A stretch of 64,000 nt of DNA from Geosiphon pyriformis uo1 (Eukaryota > Fungi > Glomeromycota), in NCBI GenBank assembly GCA_016748015.1, contig JAAOMT010000085.1, positions 1-64,000 on the forward strand, in the 5' to 3' direction. The notes beneath the pieces are model-generated. The model saw only the letters and a program-made list of their open reading frames with translations, made no database searches and was not told the DNA's origin. The translations under genes were made by a program, and so were the position numbers. Positions 13,845 through 27,949 of this stretch are shown here, one piece after another. Numbering within the stretch: the first letter of the stretch is position 1; the number at the start of each line of letters is the position of its first letter.

Positions 13845-14351
13845 CACGGATGTAAATCTGTTAAAAATTCTCTTTTTCCCAAAAAGCATGCCATAATTCG
13901 ATTACATCATCAAACATAATGTCAAATTTTGGAATGAGGACAATTCAAACAATAACAGTAACAATAACAGTAACAACAACGACAACAACAACAACAACAA
14001 CAACAACAAAAATGATAACATCAGCGTGAGAATCATTATCATTATCATAATCATAATAAATATTAGTGGATGAATAATTTAATCTGCAATACCATTTTCA
14101 GTTCTCCTAAATCAGTTGGCATTTAACAATCATGATTTAAATGAACACAATCACACAATCAGTATTTGATACATGGTCATTGATAAATCAAAAATGATTT
14201 TTAAAAGCTTAATGTTGAAATCTCAAGCTCGACCTAATATATATAATATGTATACCTAATACAAACCCTAACACATAATAATAATAATGATAATAATAAT
14301 GATAATGATAATAATAATGATAATGATAATAATAGAAAGCTCCGATATTTC

Positions 14352-14371
14352 NNNNNNNNNNNNNNNNNNNN
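14352..14371. other. Assembly gap (20 N) followed by a poly-C run
   Basis: N run at 14352-14371, then C18. Confidence 0.99.
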
Positions 14372-14987
14372 CCCCCCCCCCCCCCCCCCAAAAAAAAAGA
14401 ATAATAATCCGCATTCTAACAAGTTTCTCATATGATCATTTAAAAAATACTATATGGAGCAACAGAATCAATCACTGTAACAGCTTGTGATTACGAGTAA
14501 TACAATAATGCACTTCGTCTTATTTCTGATAAGATTAGACTTAGCCACCGAAGCTTTAAAAAATATTACAGAACTTTAAACCTAATAATAGTGAAATAAT
14601 ATGTTCAAATAAAAAATTCTAATAAAAATTCTAATCATTTTTAACTTTTATTTTTCTCTTTTACATAATATTATGAAAATATTTCGGCCGAAAAAAAAAA
14701 ACTAGTATTGATGATGAAAGCGATTTTGATCTTTATCAAAATTAACACACCAAAAAAAGTAATTTGACCTAAATCATTCAATTCAAAGCCGAAATTATCC
14801 CCCTCCCTCCCCCAGAGGATCTTAATCGTTAACAGTTAAGCCTACATGCGTCTCTGTATTACATTTCACGAGGCTGCATCAAATTATAATTTTTACATTT
14901 TCCACGCATCATATTGATTGGATGAACTCATTGATCATATCTGAATAGACCATGATTTGGTAAAAAGAGCTCAAAAACTTGTTTAGC

Positions 14988-15036
<49 letters not shown>

Positions 15037-15716
15037 GTGTACATAAAATTTTTGGAAATTAGTTATGTAATAATTTTTTGCGAGTAAAATGATTTAACAT
15101 TTTCAAGTTGGAGTTATCCCCATCCATTTGAAATTCCCTTCCTAAAACGTTTCAAAATATCAAAATTTTTTATTATGAAATTTTTTCTAAAAATTTTGTT
15201 CAGGAAAATAAAAACAAAAAAATTAATATTCTAAGCTATTCCTATTTTGCTTTATTTCAGGAACAAGAATTATTAAATATTTGAGGCTTTTTACGAGATT
15301 TCCGTTTCTGAAATTAATTTTATATTTATAATTATAATTATAATTATTATTCTGATTTTTTATTGAACCCTTTTTTTATTTTCAATTTCTTTCTTAATCT
15401 AATTTATACCGTTTTGTTTATTTTTCCTGAATAATTAGTAATTCCCTTTTTTGTATTGATATTTAATATTAATGATTATATATATATATATATATATAAT
15501 CATTTTTTAACTTGTATTACATGTATTTAAAGCTTTTCTATTTTTTTCTCATTCCTGAAACAGGGATCAAAAAAAGAAAAAAGAAAATGGATTTTCAATA
15601 TCTTTTTTTAATTATTTTAAATTCGTTCACAAATTTTCATAATCTTGTGGTTAAAAAAAAATATTTCTGGTGTATCAAGAATGTTCGTTGAAATTCGGAT
15701 ATTCTTATTTTAACAA

Positions 15717-15763
<47 letters not shown>

Positions 15764-17132
15764 AAATAATAATTATAATATCATCAAAAAACGCCCATCC
15801 CATTTCTTATTTCATCATAAATTATTAATTTATATATATATGATTTGATGATGACCATTCCCAAGGAAACGAATCTTGAATTTAAAATTTCCTCAAAAAA
15901 TGATAATTTTTTAACGTCAAAAACATATCAAGTATCAATATTTTAAAAAAAAAAAACTTTTATAAAGAGAAAAAATAATAATAATCTTTGAGGCTAATTT
16001 TTTTCGTATCATCAAAACTTTATTCAAAAGAATCTTCACTTAATCTACCAAAAGATATACCGAAATAGTTCGAGATCGGGTCACTAACCTCCTCCTTTTT
16101 TATCTCTTTGTTCATCAATTGGGAAGCCTCTTTACCTTCTTTTTGCTCGTGCTTCGTTTTTGTTTCACAGTTTCATTCTGAAATGTTTTTTTTTGTATTA
16201 CTTTAAATTTTAAATTTAAACTATTACCTATATATATATATATATATATTGATTACATCTAATGAATTAATTTCAATTCAATTCAATTCAATTCATTTCA
16301 CATAAAAAATACATATATATATATATAAATATACTTTCATCAAACCTATGTAACCAACAGGAGAACAACTGAAAAGTGAACAGCAGATATATTAATCGTT
16401 TAATCTGTTTCAAAATTTTTCTCTCGTATAAAATACCTTTAACTCTTCCTCCCACTTTACGAAGCTCTTTTTTTTTTTTTTTTTTTTTTTTCAAAAGCTA
16501 TTTTAGCATTTTAAACTTATTGTTCCCCGTTAAAACAAAAATTTTAAACCCCAAAACAGTACAAGAAATCAAAGAGTCCCAAACGTACAAAAAGAAAAAT
16601 ATATATATATATATAAATTTATATATATACAAGATTACATGTACCAAAGATTCATTTTGATTTTTTATAAATTATTTTGACCATTCAAATCAAAAAAAAT
16701 ATATATATATACTAACTATCATTATAATTAGTATATATATATATATATATACCATAAACACTATTTTTTCAATAACAAAAAATTTCTTGTTTATTTAACT
16801 CGAATTCTACTTTGTGACGACAAATCTGTTTAATGTCTTTCTTGGTGTTCGCATGAGTCTTACAACTTTTAAAATTCATACATATAAACCAAACCAACTG
16901 TATCGAGCTATTTGCTTTAATTGAACCAATCAAAAAAAGTTACTAGTTATTACTAAAGACAAGAAAATACTTGCATTTTTCTCCTGAAAAAAAAAAATAT
17001 ATATACATATATTTGAATACCCATTTTTCCCTTTCTCCAAAAAAAAGTTTTTTTTTTTTTTTTTTTTTTTTTTTTCCTAAACTTTTCAGCTCTTCTTATA
17101 AATAATCAATCAACACCCTTCACAAAAAAAAA

Positions 17133-18424
17133 ATGTCGGTGACAACAATGTTTTCAACATCACAAGAATCACTTTCAACAAATTTTTCTCGTTTACAATT
17201 GGCAAGAGCTTTAAAAGAAGATCTTGACAATAAAAATTCTTTACCCCCAGAACAAAGTGCTATATTCAGTCGTCTGAGATCACGTCCAAATGTGTCCAAC
17301 TCTTCAGAAAATTTAAAACTCCCAGTTCAATTTCATATACCTCGTCCTGCAAGTTTAGTTATTCCCTTTCCATTAACTCAAGGTCTCGAGGATAGTACAA
17401 ATTCATCAATTTCCAGTTCTTCAAGAAGTGGTAGTGGTTCAAATTCACCTCAACGTGCAAATACACCAACAAAACGTCCTTCCTCTCAAAGATTACAACC
17501 TTTGAATACAAATGCGAGAAGCAGCGTTGCTATTTTAGGGGACCTGAACCTCAGTCAGCTTGGTAATAATCGAAATTTAATGGATGTGAGAAAATCATTA
17601 ATTGAAAGTAGACACATGTCAATTTCTTTTAATCAAATGTCAAGTCAACGAACTTCGAGGCTTTTACATCAAAGATCATTTTCAAATGGTAGGTTTTTTT
17701 TTTAAAAAAAATACTTTTCTATATCTATATCTATATCTATACTTTTAAAAATCATTTTTGTTGATTGACCTTACTCTTAATTAATTAATTAATTATTTAT
17801 TTATTTATTTACAATAGATTCTTCTAAAGATATTTATAATTCTAAAAATCCACATGGTGCCTCAAAATTGAATAATTCATCGACGAATCTAAATTCTCAT
17901 GATTTAGCACCACCCACAAGACCTAGTTCAAGAAAACCATCACTAACGGATCTTCAAAGTCCGACCCGAGCCTCATATCGAAATACAAACGAAATAACCT
18001 CAAGGGAACGCCGACCTTCTTCAAGTCTTGTAATAAACTCTAAACAACCTTCTAGACCTTCATCCTTTTACAGTTCAACGTTAAATAGTTCAGAATTTCA
18101 ATTGAAATCTCCCTCACGTCCATCATCACGTCCAGCTTCACGTCCACCATCACAGCATTCATCAGTTGAAAATGGGGCTGCTGCGTCAAGACCATTATCA
18201 ATATTTAAATATAATCAACCCGTCGATTCGGAAACCGATGAAAGCGAAGATGAAGATGAAAATGTAGAATCAACAGTTGATTCATTGGATGAAGAGATAG
18301 ATTTCTCAAAGGAACCTAAAATATCGATCCAAAAATTCACAAACAATTTTAATAATAAAACTAATTTAATAGTAAGAAAAGAACATCAAACAGATAATGA
18401 GAAACCAAATGCACCTACTACTAC

Positions 18425-18476
<52 letters not shown>

Positions 18477-18575
18477 GCTGCTACTACAAGCAGAAAAAAT
18501 TTAACTCATAAATCAACCCTTTCACTCTCAAAAGTAATTGAAGAACGTAAGGAAGAGTCAAATCAAGAAAGTTCT

Positions 18576-18607
<32 letters not shown>

Positions 18608-19241
18608 AGAAGAAGAAGAAAGTTCTGAAGATGATACACCTCTTGCTCTTAAAATTAAACCTCAAACCCCACGAATCACGATTCAACATTCTTCTAAACG
18701 CCCAAATAAAGGCCGTGTCGAAGCTTGGATCACTGATGGTATGTACTGATATTTAGTAATGAAAAATAATTTTTGATTAATTAAAAAAATAATTCCTAAT
18801 TTATAAATCATTATTCAAAATTAATCAGTAAAAAAGCAATCACTGACAGTAGAAGCGGGTAAATTGGATTCATCCCGACCGCAAAGAAGAAGGTTGTCAA
18901 ATGAAGAACGAAGGACTTCACAGTATATTTTAGCAGAACCACGATCAAATGTTCAGCGACCACAATCTACTTTGTTTCTTGATGTTGGTCGTCGGTCAAA
19001 GTATTTTGGAAATAATCGAGTGGTAATTCGGGATGGTATTAAGCCATTACCAGAAAAACGTGATATGATGTCTTTTTTTTAGTGTTTTTAGGATAATTTT
19101 TTTGATAAAAATAAATGAAAAATTTTTTTAAACTTAAAAATATAGATCATTATTAAAGAAGAGAAATGGATTAATGTGAAACCATTGAATAGAAACCTTG
19201 ATAGTAGTCTTGATAAAAATTTATTCTATTTTAATCGATAA
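17133..19241 (+). CDS. Hypothetical intrinsically disordered S/P/R-rich protein with poly-T and poly-E tracts, ~4 exons
   Basis: Exons ~17133-17688, 17818-18738, 18829-~19023 and ~19146-19241 join in frame via GT-AG. RPSS repeats and an EDDTPL motif. The last exon is uncertain. Confidence 0.75.
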
Positions 19242-21630
19242 AATGGATGAGAAACAAACACCAATAAAATTTTATTGAAAATGCATTCTGAAAAAAACAG
19301 TAATTTTAAAGAAATGACTTTTTGCATATTTTGACACAAATCCCAGTTACTCTCTATAATTAGTTTTAAAATTAAAAAAAAGTTTAAGAAATTCTTTAGA
19401 GAACAGACTAAGGGAATTCCAAAAGTGGAAGATGCGAGATATTTTTAGTATAAAGGAGAAATGTGATATGATGTTAAATTTCTAATTTTGAACAAAATTT
19501 ATTTTGATCTGAGGATGTGTATTATGTTTGATGTTGGTTGATTGATTGATTGTTGTTGTTATTGTTGTTATTGTTGTTATTGTTGTTGTTGTTGTAGTTG
19601 TTGTTATTTATGATGATTAAAGATGATGATTCCTAGTAAAGTTATGCATCAATAAACCTTTGTAAAAGATAAAACACGTTTCACCACATCATTTTTTCGA
19701 AGATTGTTTCTGATTTCGGAAAAGAGTTTCTAATTAATTATCACCATGCATCTGATCAGAAAGTGGTGAAATTATTTTGCATCAAAGAGAGTCTAGTTTT
19801 TATTGAACTAAAAAATAAAATTTCTATTTAAATTTCTATTTTGAAAACTAAAAATTGCTTCGAACATTCGGAAATGCCGACTCAAGGGATCAAGCAAGCA
19901 AGCAACCAACGAAGCAACCAACCAACCAACCAAATGAGCAGTGAGCAGTGAGATTTCAAAAAATGTGTGGTTTTTCAATCTGTTCGCCAAATATTAGATA
20001 ATTAGGTGATAAAATTGGAACTTCAATTTCCCTTTTATTAAAAAAAAGGGGTTTATTTATTATCGAATAATTAATATCATCATTGTTAGTATGTAATTGT
20101 TCGTGAATTCAAAGTCTCATGAACAAGAACTTTTTTTTTTTTTTTTTCAAAATAAAAAATCGTCATGATTATACCATAAAAACTTTTGACAGAAACAATG
20201 ATGTATAAGTAAGTACGCCTTTTTTTTTTTGAACGGGCATATATTTTTTTTAAATCCACATGAAATTATTGTTGTCGTTGTTTGTTTGTTTTTTTGAAAC
20301 ACATGGTTTCTCTCCCGAACTTATTATTTATTGTTATGACAGAACCAATAATCAAAAAAGTATCATTATTTTTAAAGAAGAAGTATTTTTTATCAAAATT
20401 TGGGAAAAAGTGAAGCATAAAAAAAATTAAAAAAGGCTAGATCGAATGAATTCAACAATTAAAAAGGTAAAGGAATTGTTTAATTTTGTAAAAAAGATGA
20501 TAAAAAATATATATACATTTTTTTTTTATAGAAAAGCCAATATTCAAAAACTAGATATATTTGAATTGTTATTATGTATTCAGAATAATGAACTGGGAAA
20601 CTTTGTTTGCCTAACTGTTGAGTACTTGAATAGGTATTTTTTTTTTTAAAATGAACTAATAAAAGGAAGAAAGAAAGGAAGAAAGAAGGAATTTTAAGTT
20701 TTCTAGATGATTAAATTTACTAACAAATTTAGAAAAATGTTTATTTTTTGTTAAATCAATCAATCAATCAATCAATCAATCAGTCACATGAAACGGAGAT
20801 TTGTAATATATATGGATAGCTGTATTTTGATTATTCCTAAAATATATATAAATTTTTACAAAGCTCCCTAATTTAATGTTTTATATAATTATCATCATTT
20901 TTAAGATTATTGCCCTATATTGAACATATATATATATATATATATATATATGTTCAATATATAAGAGATGAAACATTTTTCCTGGATAATCCTGAAATTT
21001 GGTAAAAAAAGAAAATTCTGTCAATCAAACATAAGGTAACGAAATAATAGAAATCTTGGAAAAAATGAAGTTTTTTTTTTGCTTCTCATTTGATGATTAA
21101 TGAGTAAATGTTTGATCTTACGACAAAGATGATATTATAAACGACAAAGATGATATTATAATAATGAATTGATCAATAAAATGATGAAACTTAAATTTAA
21201 AGTATTTTAAATAATTTTAACTAAAGGTTTTGAGATATGAAAAAATAAATAAAAATTAAAATTACAATTATTCCTTACTTCTTATGATCAAAATGGGAGA
21301 TAATTATATTTAGGTATTATAGTTTCTAAAAAAAAAAAAAAAAAGGTTCACTTTTATTAGGAAATAAAATTTGAATCGAATCATAAGTGAAACAAGATTA
21401 TAAAATAAAAAAAAATAAAAAATAACATTTAAACTTTACAATTTTAATTAAAAAATTTTTTATCTATTTAAAAAGAAACATTTTTCATTTGTCTTATAAT
21501 AATAATAATAATAATTTATCATAGATCGGTAAAAATATTCATGATCATGTTACTTAAAGCTTAAACTTTAATAAAAATTTTCGAAATCTCTTTTTTTTAA
21601 TTGAAAATGGAAGATTCTAACCAAATAACC

Positions 21631-21661
<31 letters not shown>

Positions 21662-22493
21662 CGTTATATATACGTTAAATATATAAATTTTAACATCAAA
21701 TTTGTTTAACCATGAATACATTTTTAAATTTAAACCCCACTATTAATGATGATTGAACGAAAGCCGAATATCGGTATGCATATATATATGTATGTATATA
21801 TGTATGCATGTATGTATGCATGTATGTATGCATTTTATGTATGTATTTTATGTATGTATTTTATGTATATATGCATGTATTGCAAAAAAATTATCTTCAG
21901 ATCGAAGTCATTGATAAAGGAAATTAAAAGATTATGTAGAGGAAATTATTTTTTCAAGTTTATTTTTCGTAAATTTATTTCAAATTTATTCCGTGATTAT
22001 ATTTTTAAATTTATTCCGTTATTTTTATTTAACGTTTATTCCGTTATTTATTTCCAGTTTTTTTTTTGATTTTTTTTTTAATATTGTACCGATATTTTTC
22101 AAATTACTGAATTTTTTTTTTGAAATTCATGATAAACTATTATTTTTCGATCATAAGGTTAATTAATTATTTTTTTAAAAAAATTAACAAATTTAAAACT
22201 CTATCATTAGGTAGGATAAAAATTATATTCTAAAAACAAGCCTTTGTAAGTTTTTATTAAAAAATAAAAATGTAAAATTTAATCAAAACTATAAAATTGT
22301 TAAAATTTTTATTTTTATTTAAAAAAAAAAGTCTTGCTATTTAATATGAGCGAAATCTAAAAAAAAAAAAAGCCTTCATTTAAATTTGTATCGAGCGCAT
22401 ACAGCATGAATTTACAATTAAATGACCGTGAACCACAAATATAAAAATCTTCATCATCATCATCTTCTTCATCTTCTTCATCTTCTTCTTTAT

Positions 22494-23874
22494 TTATTCT
22501 AACATAAATGGGTTGAAAATATCTTTGGCCCAAGCAAAATTTTTGAAATCTAGAAAATTTTCACAAAATCCAATGATTGTTCCAAAGTAAGGTCCAAAAT
22601 GGGAACTAATACTTTTACCATCTGTTCCCAGGTTGCATACCTTTGGGAAAAAAATAAAAATAAAAATAAAATAAACAGATTTGAAAAAGACTTTACCACT
22701 TTACAAAGATTTTATTTTCATTATGATGGAAAAGATTGTGAATTAAAAAAAAAAAAACTTACCAAACTTTCTCCGTAATCGATTAGAGCTTCCGAGAAGG
22801 GACCCGGACATTCATAAAAAATGTATTCATCATCATTAGGACATTCACAATCTTCTTGTTTAATCCAATACTCCACTCCTGAGTGTACATATTTTTCACC
22901 AGCGTTTGTTATTTTAGGAAAATGTGGTGCAAAATCATTGGAATATGTAAAACGAAAAGTACGAAAAAAGAAATTGATGTTTTGTGCAAATTCAAAATTT
23001 CCAGCTCTCGGGGATCCAAATGTATAAACATATATAACGTAATTTTCCTTTGAAAATGACTCTGGAATACGTTTTGATAACCAAAGAGCCAATATTTGAG
23101 CATAAACTAAAAATTAATGAAATTTCACTTTAAAGAATGTTTAATTGTTTAAATTTCTTTATTAATTTTCAAACCCAAAAATTGAACAAACCTCCTCCTA
23201 CTCCATGACCAATCAAATTAATGAAAATTTTTGAGTTCGAATCGATTTCAGATCTTTGTTTTTCCATGAGTTTAATAGTTTTCGATGTGAATTTTTCAAG
23301 TACAGTCTTTGTCAAAAATTTTGACCATTGATAATCAACCAGCCATCGTTCAGTTCCAACTGTTGCAAATTGAAAATTTTCTTTTTTCATTTCATTTAAC
23401 GTTATTGCAGGGCCTCGAAAGTAACCGATGAGGCTGGCATGGTAAATTGGGTCAACCTCAATGTCCCCTAAAGATTGTTTAGATAGTTTAGGCTTTTTAT
23501 TAAAAGTAGGTTCTAAAGGAAATGAAAGGAAAGGAAATGAAAGAAAATGAAAGGAAATGAAATGAAAGGAAAGTAAAGGAAAGGAAAGGATTCATATTGT
23601 CCAAATGCTTTGGTTGACAAAAGATTTTTATTCACCGCTTATCCCTTCTTCATTGATTGCTAGTTGAGTAGGATCAACACAATAAGGTTTGTTTGCATAA
23701 TTTCCTCTTAAAGTCCAACGTATATCTCTAGTTCTTATTAATTTCTTTGAAGTTCCAGCTCTTTTCCAGAAAATATTGGAGGAAGGTAATAATAATAATT
23801 TTGATTGATTTTGAAAGGGTTGTAGAGTTTTTTGCAATTTGTACTCTCTAGAAACTATATCCCGGTCATCCTCC

Positions 23875-23911
<37 letters not shown>

Positions 23912-24089
23912 TATTATTATTATTGTTGTTGTTGTTGTAGTTGTTGTTGTTGTTGTTGTTGTTGTTATTGTTGGTCTTGTTGCTGTCAAGATTTAGAATT
24001 GCTAAAAAAGTGATGCTAAGCATAAACAAAAAAGGTACCAAGATTGAAAATTTTACTCCAGGGACCAATTTTGATATATAAATCGACAT
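22494..24089 (-). CDS. Class-3 lipase-like protein 1, nucleophile Ser replaced by Gly; N-terminal hydrophobic segment; 4 exons
   Basis: YANKPYC, IGYFRGP, LIGHGVGG (Gly codon 23202-23204), YTFGSPRAGN, NDFAPHFP, YVHSGVEYWI, CNLGT...SHFGPYFG. The frame is open after splicing. Confidence 0.87.
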
Positions 24090-24516
24090 GATAATTCTAT
24101 GAAGACGATGAGAATCAAAAAAAAAAAATTTAGCTAAAATTTACAGAAAAATTTTTAACATTTCTCAGTATATAAAAATTTTTCGATAATTAAACAACAC
24201 TGTTTTTATTTTTTTAAATTTTTTTTGAAAAATAAACATGAAGATATTAAATTTTCTCTTTATAAGTATTTATGAAAAAAATAAAAAAACTTTTTTTTTT
24301 TTTTTGATAATCTAATATTTGTATTGAGGGCAAAATGATATCGAATAAACACCCTTAAAAATTGAAAGTTTTTTTTTTAAAAAAAAAAAATAAAAAAGAG
24401 TTTTGTTTCAGATTGAAAGATCTTCAATCATTACCATTATAGTTTTACGGTTTTTCCTAAAATGTAAATATTTTGTATTACAAATATCTTGTGTTAAAAT
24501 ATTTGAACCGTTTATA

Positions 24517-24613
24517 ATAAATAAATGAATCGTTTGTAATAAATAAATAAATGAATCGTTTGTAATAATTAAATAAATGAATCGTTTGTAATAAATAAAT
24601 AAATGAATCGTTT
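24517..24613. repeat. ~29-bp tandem repeat x4 (aataaatgaatcgtttgtaataaat)
   Basis: Read directly. Confidence 0.8.
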
Positions 24614-24708
24614 TAAAAAGTAAAAAAAAGTAGATGATTAAAGATTTAATATAATTTTCGGAATTATTATTTTTTTTTCTAATTGAGGATTTTATCAAAA
24701 AAATGATG

Positions 24709-24743
<35 letters not shown>

Positions 24744-25370
24744 CAAAGTTTTTTTTTTAATTTTTAAAATTAAAAAATTTTAAATATCAAAATTTTAAAT
24801 GTCAAAATTTTTTTATTACAATAAATTATAATAATAAATTATAATAATATTTTGAAAACTGTTTGATTTTTTCATTATAAATGTTACATATTTGAATTTT
24901 AAATTTCAATATTTTTATTTAAATAAATCATGTCCAAGTATCAATTTTAAATATTTATAGTGAATATAAAATTTAAATTTAAATTTAAATTTATTCAATA
25001 ATTTTCGAGATTAGAATAAAAAAAATATTATAAAATTATTTCTTTAAAATTATTTCAATTAAAAATATTTGATCACGCATATCTTACCAATTGGTATTCT
25101 TTTCTTTTAAAATTTTTTTCTCGATTTAGACAAAAATTTTTTTTATTTAAAACTAATTGAATTCAAAAACTCAAGATCTAATTCATATCGCTCGAATTCC
25201 CCAAATATTTAGTTTGATATGATATAATATGATATGATATGATATTATATTATATTCATAAAAGATATTTGAAATGGGGAAGATGTTTACTCACCAACAA
25301 AAGGTTTTTTTTTATTCTGACTGTTGTAAAATTTTTCTTTAAAAAAATTCCTTATTGCTCTTTTCTGTAA

Positions 25371-26911
25371 TTATACACATCTATCGAACATGATGCCAAA
25401 ATATGGACCATATTTCGTTTGATGTGGTAGAGGTGCTATCTGTCCAGAATTACATTTCTAAAAATAATTAAATAAAAAAGTAAATTAATCATTATTGTAT
25501 TGAATTAAATTATCAAAAAAATTTCGATAATTTATGAGCTTTGTAAAGAATCCTCACTCATTTTCTTCAAAATTTAATAAATAAATAAATAAATTAATTA
25601 ATTAATACTCACTGGATTATCTCCTAAAATTTTAAATGAAGGCAATCTATCACATTGGTAAACCTCAAACGAATCACATTCGCATTTAGTCATTATCCAA
25701 AATTCTGTTTGATGATGCATATATTCAGTCACGTTTCCATTTATACTCGATGGCATTTGAGGAATATAATCGTTATCCAACGTGAATCGATATACTGAAA
25801 GCTTTGTGTGAACTAATTGGGTGAAAAATAAATTTCCCATTCTTGGAGATCCAAAAGTGTAAACTGTTACGTCACTGAGAAATTTATATAGTCTTTTTAG
25901 TTCTAATGCTAGAAATACTGCATGAACTAAAATTGAATTTGAGCAATTAGTTATTATTTAGTTTTCTCAATTTTGAAATACAAATAGAAATTAATTGTTC
26001 CCTCCTCCTCCTCCTTCTTCTTCTCCTCCTTCTCCTCCTCCTCCCCACAAAATAAACATGAGATGAGAATTACCTCCACCAATTATGTGTCCGGTCAATC
26101 TCAAACGACAATGAAAAATTTTATTTCTTTTTTTTGCATTATGTCGTCTCCATACTCGGCTTACAGATCTCAACATTTTATCATACGCAGTTTGAAAAGT
26201 ATTCCAAAATATTTTATCCACTTTTACATTGGGAACTCTATGATAATCTACCAGTATATTTTCTCGTCGTTGATTCCAATTGTGTGAGTATTTGTCAAAG
26301 GCTTTTAGCATTATAATCATTTCATCCTCTACCATTTTTATTTGACCTAAGATTTTTGAGATTAATTTAAATATGTTTTTGATCATGTTTTAAAAAAAAG
26401 TTTTAAATAAATCTTTAAAAAAAAAAACTGATCCATTTTAAAAGAGATAATTTATATTTTTTTTACCATAAATTTCTGCACCATAATTAAAATTTTCTTT
26501 ATTACAATCCGCTTTTTTTGCAAACATGGCAAACCTTTTAAATCTATCGAGGGTGCGAGAATCGGTTATCAACTTTGGATTTTCAATTTCAAGATTGGAT
26601 TCATTTGTTATTATAGTTGTTGTTGTTGTTGTTGTTGTTGTTGTTATTGTTCTTTTTTGACTTATAAAATTTTTTCTATATTTATTAACTTCTCTTTGAA
26701 ATATCCTTTTTTGAAATTCATTATCTTTGAAATATTCAACAATAGGGAGATATTTCGAATTTTCATTATCCAAATATGTTATTTTTTCTGTCCAAATATA
26801 TCTGAATAATAAAAGATTAAAGCAAGGGAATAAAATTAAAAAAGTTTTTAATTTTTTTTTGAAAAGATGGAAAGCTTCAAGAAACGTTTGATAAAAAACT
26901 TTTTCTCTCAT
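25371..26911 (-). CDS. Class-3 lipase-like protein 2, Ser replaced by Ile and catalytic His replaced by Lys; 4 exons
   Basis: FAKKADC, LTGHIIGG (Ile codon 26084-26086), VYTFGSPRMGN, NDYIPQMP, YMHHQTEFWI, CNSG...TKYGPYFG, stop TAA at 25371. Confidence 0.82.
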
Positions 26912-27102
26912 CTTTGAAAAAAAAAAAAAAAAAAACTTTTCATATTTTCAAGCAAAGTATTTAATCTTAACTCCAGTAAATATTTAATGTTTTTGAATTT
27001 TTGGGCGTAATTTATTTGCTTTTTGATCCATCTTATTGTAATCCATTTCGGATAATGATTATTCAAAAGGTATTTGTCGTATCGCTCAAAGAAAATATAT
27101 AA

Positions 27103-27184
27103 ATACATACATACATACATACATACAAACATACATACATACATACATACATACATACATACATACATACATACATACATACAT
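27103..27184. repeat. (ATAC)n microsatellite
   Basis: Read directly. It generates the spurious MYVC ORFs. Confidence 0.95.
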
Positions 27185-27949
27185 AACATGAAGATTTGTT
27201 TTCAAAATAAGTTTCCTTCATGTCAAAAAACTTTTTAGTAATCATAATAATCCTAGAAATTTTATGGGAAAGATCTACCATATTTTTCCGTTATTTCATT
27301 GTTTCACAGTTTTCCCGCGGGGACCAACGGAAGAAATCATAATTTATACTTGTTTTAAGTTGAATATGGAAAATGTTTCTCATTATTCGATAAAACTTTT
27401 ATGGAAATATGTTTTTTTTTTTTTTTTTAAAGAAACCCAAAAACATAATAGATGCTATTTAAATTAATCATATTTCAAGTTAGGTTGAATTAGTCAGCAA
27501 AAAATTCACAAATCCAGGAATTTTCAACTTTCCCAAATAAAATCTTTTTGAAAAGCCTCTAGTTTAAATGGAAAAAATGTTCATTCAGAGAGAGATAAGG
27601 AAAATGAATTAAAACTTTGTAATTAGTTTTAATTAATATTTGTCGATAGTTGCATTAAAATTGATAAAGTTTATTGTTTCGTCTTTCAGGTCAATCTCAG
27701 TTGATAATCTTCGTTTAAAACTTTATCAATAACCTTAACAATATGACATCTTTTCCTTACCCTTTAAAATAATTGTAATCACATTCTAATATGCCCAGAA
27801 AATAATAACATCCCTACCAGTTAAAAAGTTTTTGCCTTTTGTCTAGGATTTTTTGTATCGTTTCGAGTGTTTAACTTAACCAAAGAAGTAAAGTTTTCTG
27901 TACGAGATTCAAAAATTTAATGAGAATATAATAATATAAATTGAAAATG

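Noticed and set aside
12334-16660. ORFs of 60-116 aa in the gene-poor region
   Set aside because: K/F/I/N-biased chance ORFs in AT-rich DNA. Several span simple repeats or the N gap.
21746-27281. Short ORFs with MYVC/MYAC, poly-I or poly-N runs (21746, 24408, 26908, 27063)
   Set aside because: They are translations of (TGTA)n and (ATT)n microsatellites with no splice or domain support.
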